Assembly (NCBI GenBank): GCA_037443565.1
Contig: JBBIOB010000008.1
Span: 3,166-67,165 of the forward strand
Source of the DNA: Armatimonadota bacterium
GTDB taxonomy: Bacteria > Sysuimicrobiota > Sysuimicrobiia > Sysuimicrobiales > Humicultoraceae
Reading direction: 5' to 3'
Length of the DNA stretch: 64,000 nucleotides
Shown here: piece after piece, positions 61,383-64,000 of the stretch
How positions within the stretch are numbered: position 1 is the stretch's first letter
Layout of the letters: the number at the start of each line of letters is the position of its first letter
Notes under the pieces: model-generated
Database searches by the model: none
What the model was told of the DNA's origin: nothing
The model's input: the letters and a program-made list of their open reading frames with translations, nothing else
Program-made: the position numbers and the translations under genes

Positions 61383-62378
61383 TCAACCCCTCCTCCTGTG
61401 CAGTGATGTTGACTCGCGAACCTTCAGCGTACAGGGCAGCACGACCGACGACACGCGCCTGCCCGAGAGGACATCGAGCAGGAGCCGGACGGCCGTCCGG
61501 CCTAGGTCATACGTCGGGACCGCCACGGTCGTCAGTGACGGGACGGTGTACGACGCGACCGGCGTGTCATCAAACCCCACGACCGAGACGTCGTCGGGCA
61601 CCCGCAGGCCCAGGTCGTGCAGGGCCCGGATGACCGCGATGCCGACCTGGTCGTTGGCGGCGACGGCCGCAGTCGGCCGTGCCGCTCTCCCGAACAACGT
61701 CACTACAGCGTCCCCGGTTCGCACCGGCGTGAACCCGACCTCAATGACCAGGTCGGCCTCGACCGTGATCCCCGCCGCATCCAGCGCCCGCCGGTACCCC
61801 TGCACACGATCGGCGGAGGTGAGCGAGATCGCCGGCCCGGCCAGGCAGGCGATCCGCCGGTGGCCCAGCTCCACGAGATGCTGTGTGGCCATGGCGCCCG
61901 CCGCGACGTTGTCGATGCCCACCGACGGGAGCCGGGCGCGGTGCCGGCCGATCATCACCACCGGCAGCGCCCGGCCGGTGATCGCCTGCTCGGCGCGGCC
62001 GAAGACCCCACCGGCGATGATGATCCCGTCCACGCGGCGTTCCATGAGGGCCCGCAGGTAGAGACGTTGCTTGTCGGGCCGGCGGTCGGTGTTGCCCAGA
62101 ATCACGGTCCGGCCCGAGGGTCCCACGGCGTCCTCGATGCCGCGAAGAATCGCGGCGTAGTAGGGATTGGACACGTCGGGGATCAGGACGCCGATCGCCT
62201 CGGTCTCCTGGGTGAGCAGGCTGCGGGCCAGTAGGTTGGGGATGTACGAGAGCTTGCGCGCCGCGGTCAGCACGCGCCGGCGCCCCCGCTCGCTGACCGG
62301 GTGGCTGCTGCGGTTCAGGACGCGGGACACGGTGGCCGGCGAGACCCCGGCGTGGCGCGCCACGTCCCGAATGGTCAT
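61383..62378 (-). CDS. LacI-family transcriptional regulator
   Basis: Trimmed to the ATG at 62378. MTIRDVARHAGVSPATVSRVLN HTH, then a periplasmic-binding-protein-like sensor domain. Confidence 0.9.
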   Translation of the reverse strand: MTIRDVARHAGVSPATVSRVLNRSSHPVSERGRRRVLTAARKLSYIPNLLARSLLTQETEAIGVLIPDVSNPYYAAILRGIEDAVGPSGRTVILGNTDRRPDKQRLYLRALMERRVDGIIIAGGVFGRAEQAITGRALPVVMIGRHRARLPSVGIDNVAAGAMATQHLVELGHRRIACLAGPAISLTSADRVQGYRRALDAAGITVEADLVIEVGFTPVRTGDAVVTLFGRAARPTAAVAANDQVGIAVIRALHDLGLRVPDDVSVVGFDDTPVASYTVPSLTTVAVPTYDLGRTAVRLLLDVLSGRRVSSVVLPCTLKVRESTSLHRRRG

Positions 62379-62392
62379 GACCCGCCGGCGAA

Positions 62393-63307
62393 CTATGCGA
62401 GTGCCCACGCCTCCTCCATCACGCGCTTGGCGTTGGCCACGATCAGCTCGGACCGCTCGCCGGCCACGAGCGGCCGCACCTCGGCGCTGCACACCGGCCG
62501 GGTGACAGGATTGAAGAACCCCTGGTCCACCAGCAGCCGGAAGAACGCGCGCACGTCGTCGGTTGTGACCTCGCTGTCCGGGAAGTCAAATCGCGGCTGC
62601 AGGTCGCCGTAGGCGACGTGTCGCCGGTCCTTGATGTACGCGTTGCCGATGTGCACGTGTGTGAGGTACGGGAGCAACATGGGGATCGTCACCGCGGGGT
62701 CTTCCCTGAGCAGCGGGAAGTGCGAGAGATCCACCAGGACCCCAAACGACGGGTATGACCGGCGGACCGCCTGCACAACGTCCAGCGCGTCCTGGACGTG
62801 CCCCACCAGGAACTCCTTGTCGATGTCGCGATCGAAGATCTTCAGGGTCAGGCCCGGATCGTTGTGCTCCTTGGCGAACTCGCAGATCTGCAGCAGCGAG
62901 TCGACCAGGATCTGCTTGGCCTCCTCGCGGCGCTCCGCCCCGGGATCCTTGCCGGAAAAGACCCGCACCCACCGGGCGCCGAGGTGCGCGGCCTCGCGGA
63001 TGCAGTTCCTCATCTGGTTGAGCGCCCGCCGGCGCGCCTCGGGATCCAGCGCGTTGATGCTGAGCTTCTGGCTGAACATCGCGGGCTGGGCCGCGTAGCA
63101 CACTTCGAGGTGGCTCTGCTCCAGGATCCGCCTGGCCTCGTCACGAACCAGAGGTTCTTTCATCCAGCCAACCTCGATCGCCGCGAAGAAGGTGTCCTCG
63201 CAGATCTTCAGGAGGCTCTCGATGATCGGTCCGGTGCCCTGCTCGAGAGGGAACGCCTTGAACAGGACGATCCCCGGCCGCATGTAGCGCTTCATCGGTG
63301 CATCCAT
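62393..63307 (-). CDS. Sugar phosphate isomerase/epimerase (xylose-isomerase-like TIM barrel)
   Basis: 304 aa. The ...GARWVRVFSG..., ...LTLKIF..., ...VLVDLSHF..., ...THVHIGNA... pattern matches the AP_endonuc_2/TIM-barrel family. Confidence 0.75.
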   Translation of the reverse strand: MDAPMKRYMRPGIVLFKAFPLEQGTGPIIESLLKICEDTFFAAIEVGWMKEPLVRDEARRILEQSHLEVCYAAQPAMFSQKLSINALDPEARRRALNQMRNCIREAAHLGARWVRVFSGKDPGAERREEAKQILVDSLLQICEFAKEHNDPGLTLKIFDRDIDKEFLVGHVQDALDVVQAVRRSYPSFGVLVDLSHFPLLREDPAVTIPMLLPYLTHVHIGNAYIKDRRHVAYGDLQPRFDFPDSEVTTDDVRAFFRLLVDQGFFNPVTRPVCSAEVRPLVAGERSELIVANAKRVMEEAWALA

Positions 63308-63347
63308 CTCGTCAACCCCTCCGGAGGATGAGCCCGCCGCTCCGCGG

Positions 63348-64000
63348 CTACGGCATCACCACCACCTTGATCGCATCGTCGATCCGCTTCTCGAATGTCT
63401 CAAGCGCCGTGGGCAACTCGTCCAACCTAAAGGTGTGGGTGATGAACGGGCGGCCTGAGATCTTGCCCTGCGCCATGAGTGCCAGCCCGCGCTTCGTGGC
63501 GCCCCGGCCTTCGCCGCGGATGCCGTAGAGGTAGAGGTTGTTGCGCACCACGTGCGCCGCGTCGAACGGCACCATGTCGCTGGAGAAGGCCGCCAGGCAC
63601 ACACGGCCGCCTCGCTTGCAGCAGTAGACCGCCTGATTCACCGCGTCCGGCGCGCCGGAGCACTCCATGACAAGGTCGACGCCCAGGCCGCCCTCGGAGA
63701 GCCCGCGCACGGTCTCGACCAGCGGCTGCTGCCGGACGTTGATCACGTGATCGGCACCCAGCTCGCGGCCCAGGTTCAGGCGGCTCTCCCGCGTCCCGGC
63801 CAGAATGACCTCGGCGCCCAGCGCCTTGCCGCACGCCACCGTCATCAGCCCGATCGGTCCAGGCCCGATGACCAGCAGCGACTCGCCGGCGATCAGGCCG
63901 CCCAGCACGTCGAGGCCGTAGATCGAGGTCCCGGCGGTGACCACGAGCGTGGCCTCATCGAACGGAATGTGGTCCGGCAACTTGAATGCGGTGTTGATGT
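63348..64000 (-). CDS. Zinc-type medium-chain alcohol/polyol dehydrogenase; the 5' end runs off the window
   Basis: ...LLVIGPGPIGLMTVACGKALGA... NAD(P) Rossmann motif. The reading frame stays open to position 64000; the track M at 63980 is an internal TTG. Confidence 0.85.
   Translation of the reverse strand, partial: INTAFKLPDHIPFDEATLVVTAGTSIYGLDVLGGLIAGESLLVIGPGPIGLMTVACGKALGAEVILAGTRESRLNLGRELGADHVINVRQQPLVETVRGLSEGGLGVDLVMECSGAPDAVNQAVYCCKRGGRVCLAAFSSDMVPFDAAHVVRNNLYLYGIRGEGRGATKRGLALMAQGKISGRPFITHTFRLDELPTALETFEKRIDDAIKVVVMP

Noticed and set aside
1-64000. CRISPR arrays, rRNA/tRNA genes, IS elements, integrases, prophage genes
   Set aside because: I saw no spaced direct-repeat arrays. 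I spotted no T-loop-like GTTCRANYC contexts in the few intergenic gaps. No transposase or integrase-like ORFs appear in the track. The only mobile element found is the sufB intein. This is a by-eye scan, and tRNAscan/Infernal would be definitive.

Overview
Very GC-rich bacterial chromosomal segment (GC judged by eye, not computed). It is densely coding, about 85% of genes lie on the minus strand, and most genes have strong GGAGG-type ribosome-binding sites. GTG, TTG and ATGA/GTGA-overlap starts are frequent. I cannot assign a phylum from sequence alone. The content is mostly core metabolism. It includes a ThiF/MoeB adenylyltransferase and a TrxR-like ferredoxin-NADP reductase. A lipA plus branched-chain-type 2-oxoacid dehydrogenase operon (E3-E1a-E1b-E2-lipA) is present. 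There is an isolated nuoB-nuoD-nuoI-nuoC block followed by a membrane-anchored sulfite-oxidase-family molybdoenzyme. Next come a NitT/TauT-type ABC transporter, kdgK plus an RraA-like aldolase, and a split transketolase. An extended suf operon runs sufC, sufB (interrupted by a full-size LAGLIDADG intein), sufD, Rieske, sufS, DUF2269-like, sufU, then a fused ABC permease. Also present are adenosine deaminase, a second (PDH/acetoin-type) E1a-E1b-E2 operon and an Nfu-type protein. An aa3-type cytochrome oxidase cluster carries two subunit-III paralogues and a ctaA-ctaB fusion. The rest comprises an amidase, acs, a group-3 sigma factor, hom-thrC-lysC, and a 4-hydroxyphenylacetate-type aromatic catabolic island with a TAXI-TRAP transporter and a LacI regulator. 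I saw no rRNA, tRNA, CRISPR array, transposase or prophage genes. The most interesting locus is at about 50.0-52.9 kb. An unannotated 52-codon ORF encodes a signal/lipobox peptide ending in a perfect tandem 12-aa repeat, and all 4 DNA differences between the repeat copies are synonymous. It sits directly upstream of one of two convergent paralogous XRE-HTH + TPR proteins, an RRNPP-like (peptide pheromone/receptor) architecture. A roughly 390-nt lower-GC non-coding island flanks it. Other notable items are the orphan complex-I Q-module, a fused nucleotidyltransferase-HEPN-like protein with a degenerate Rx4H motif, an N-terminal extension on CoxA, a DapA-like gene with no canonical start codon next to a decayed thioesterase remnant, and several intergenic repeats and palindromes.
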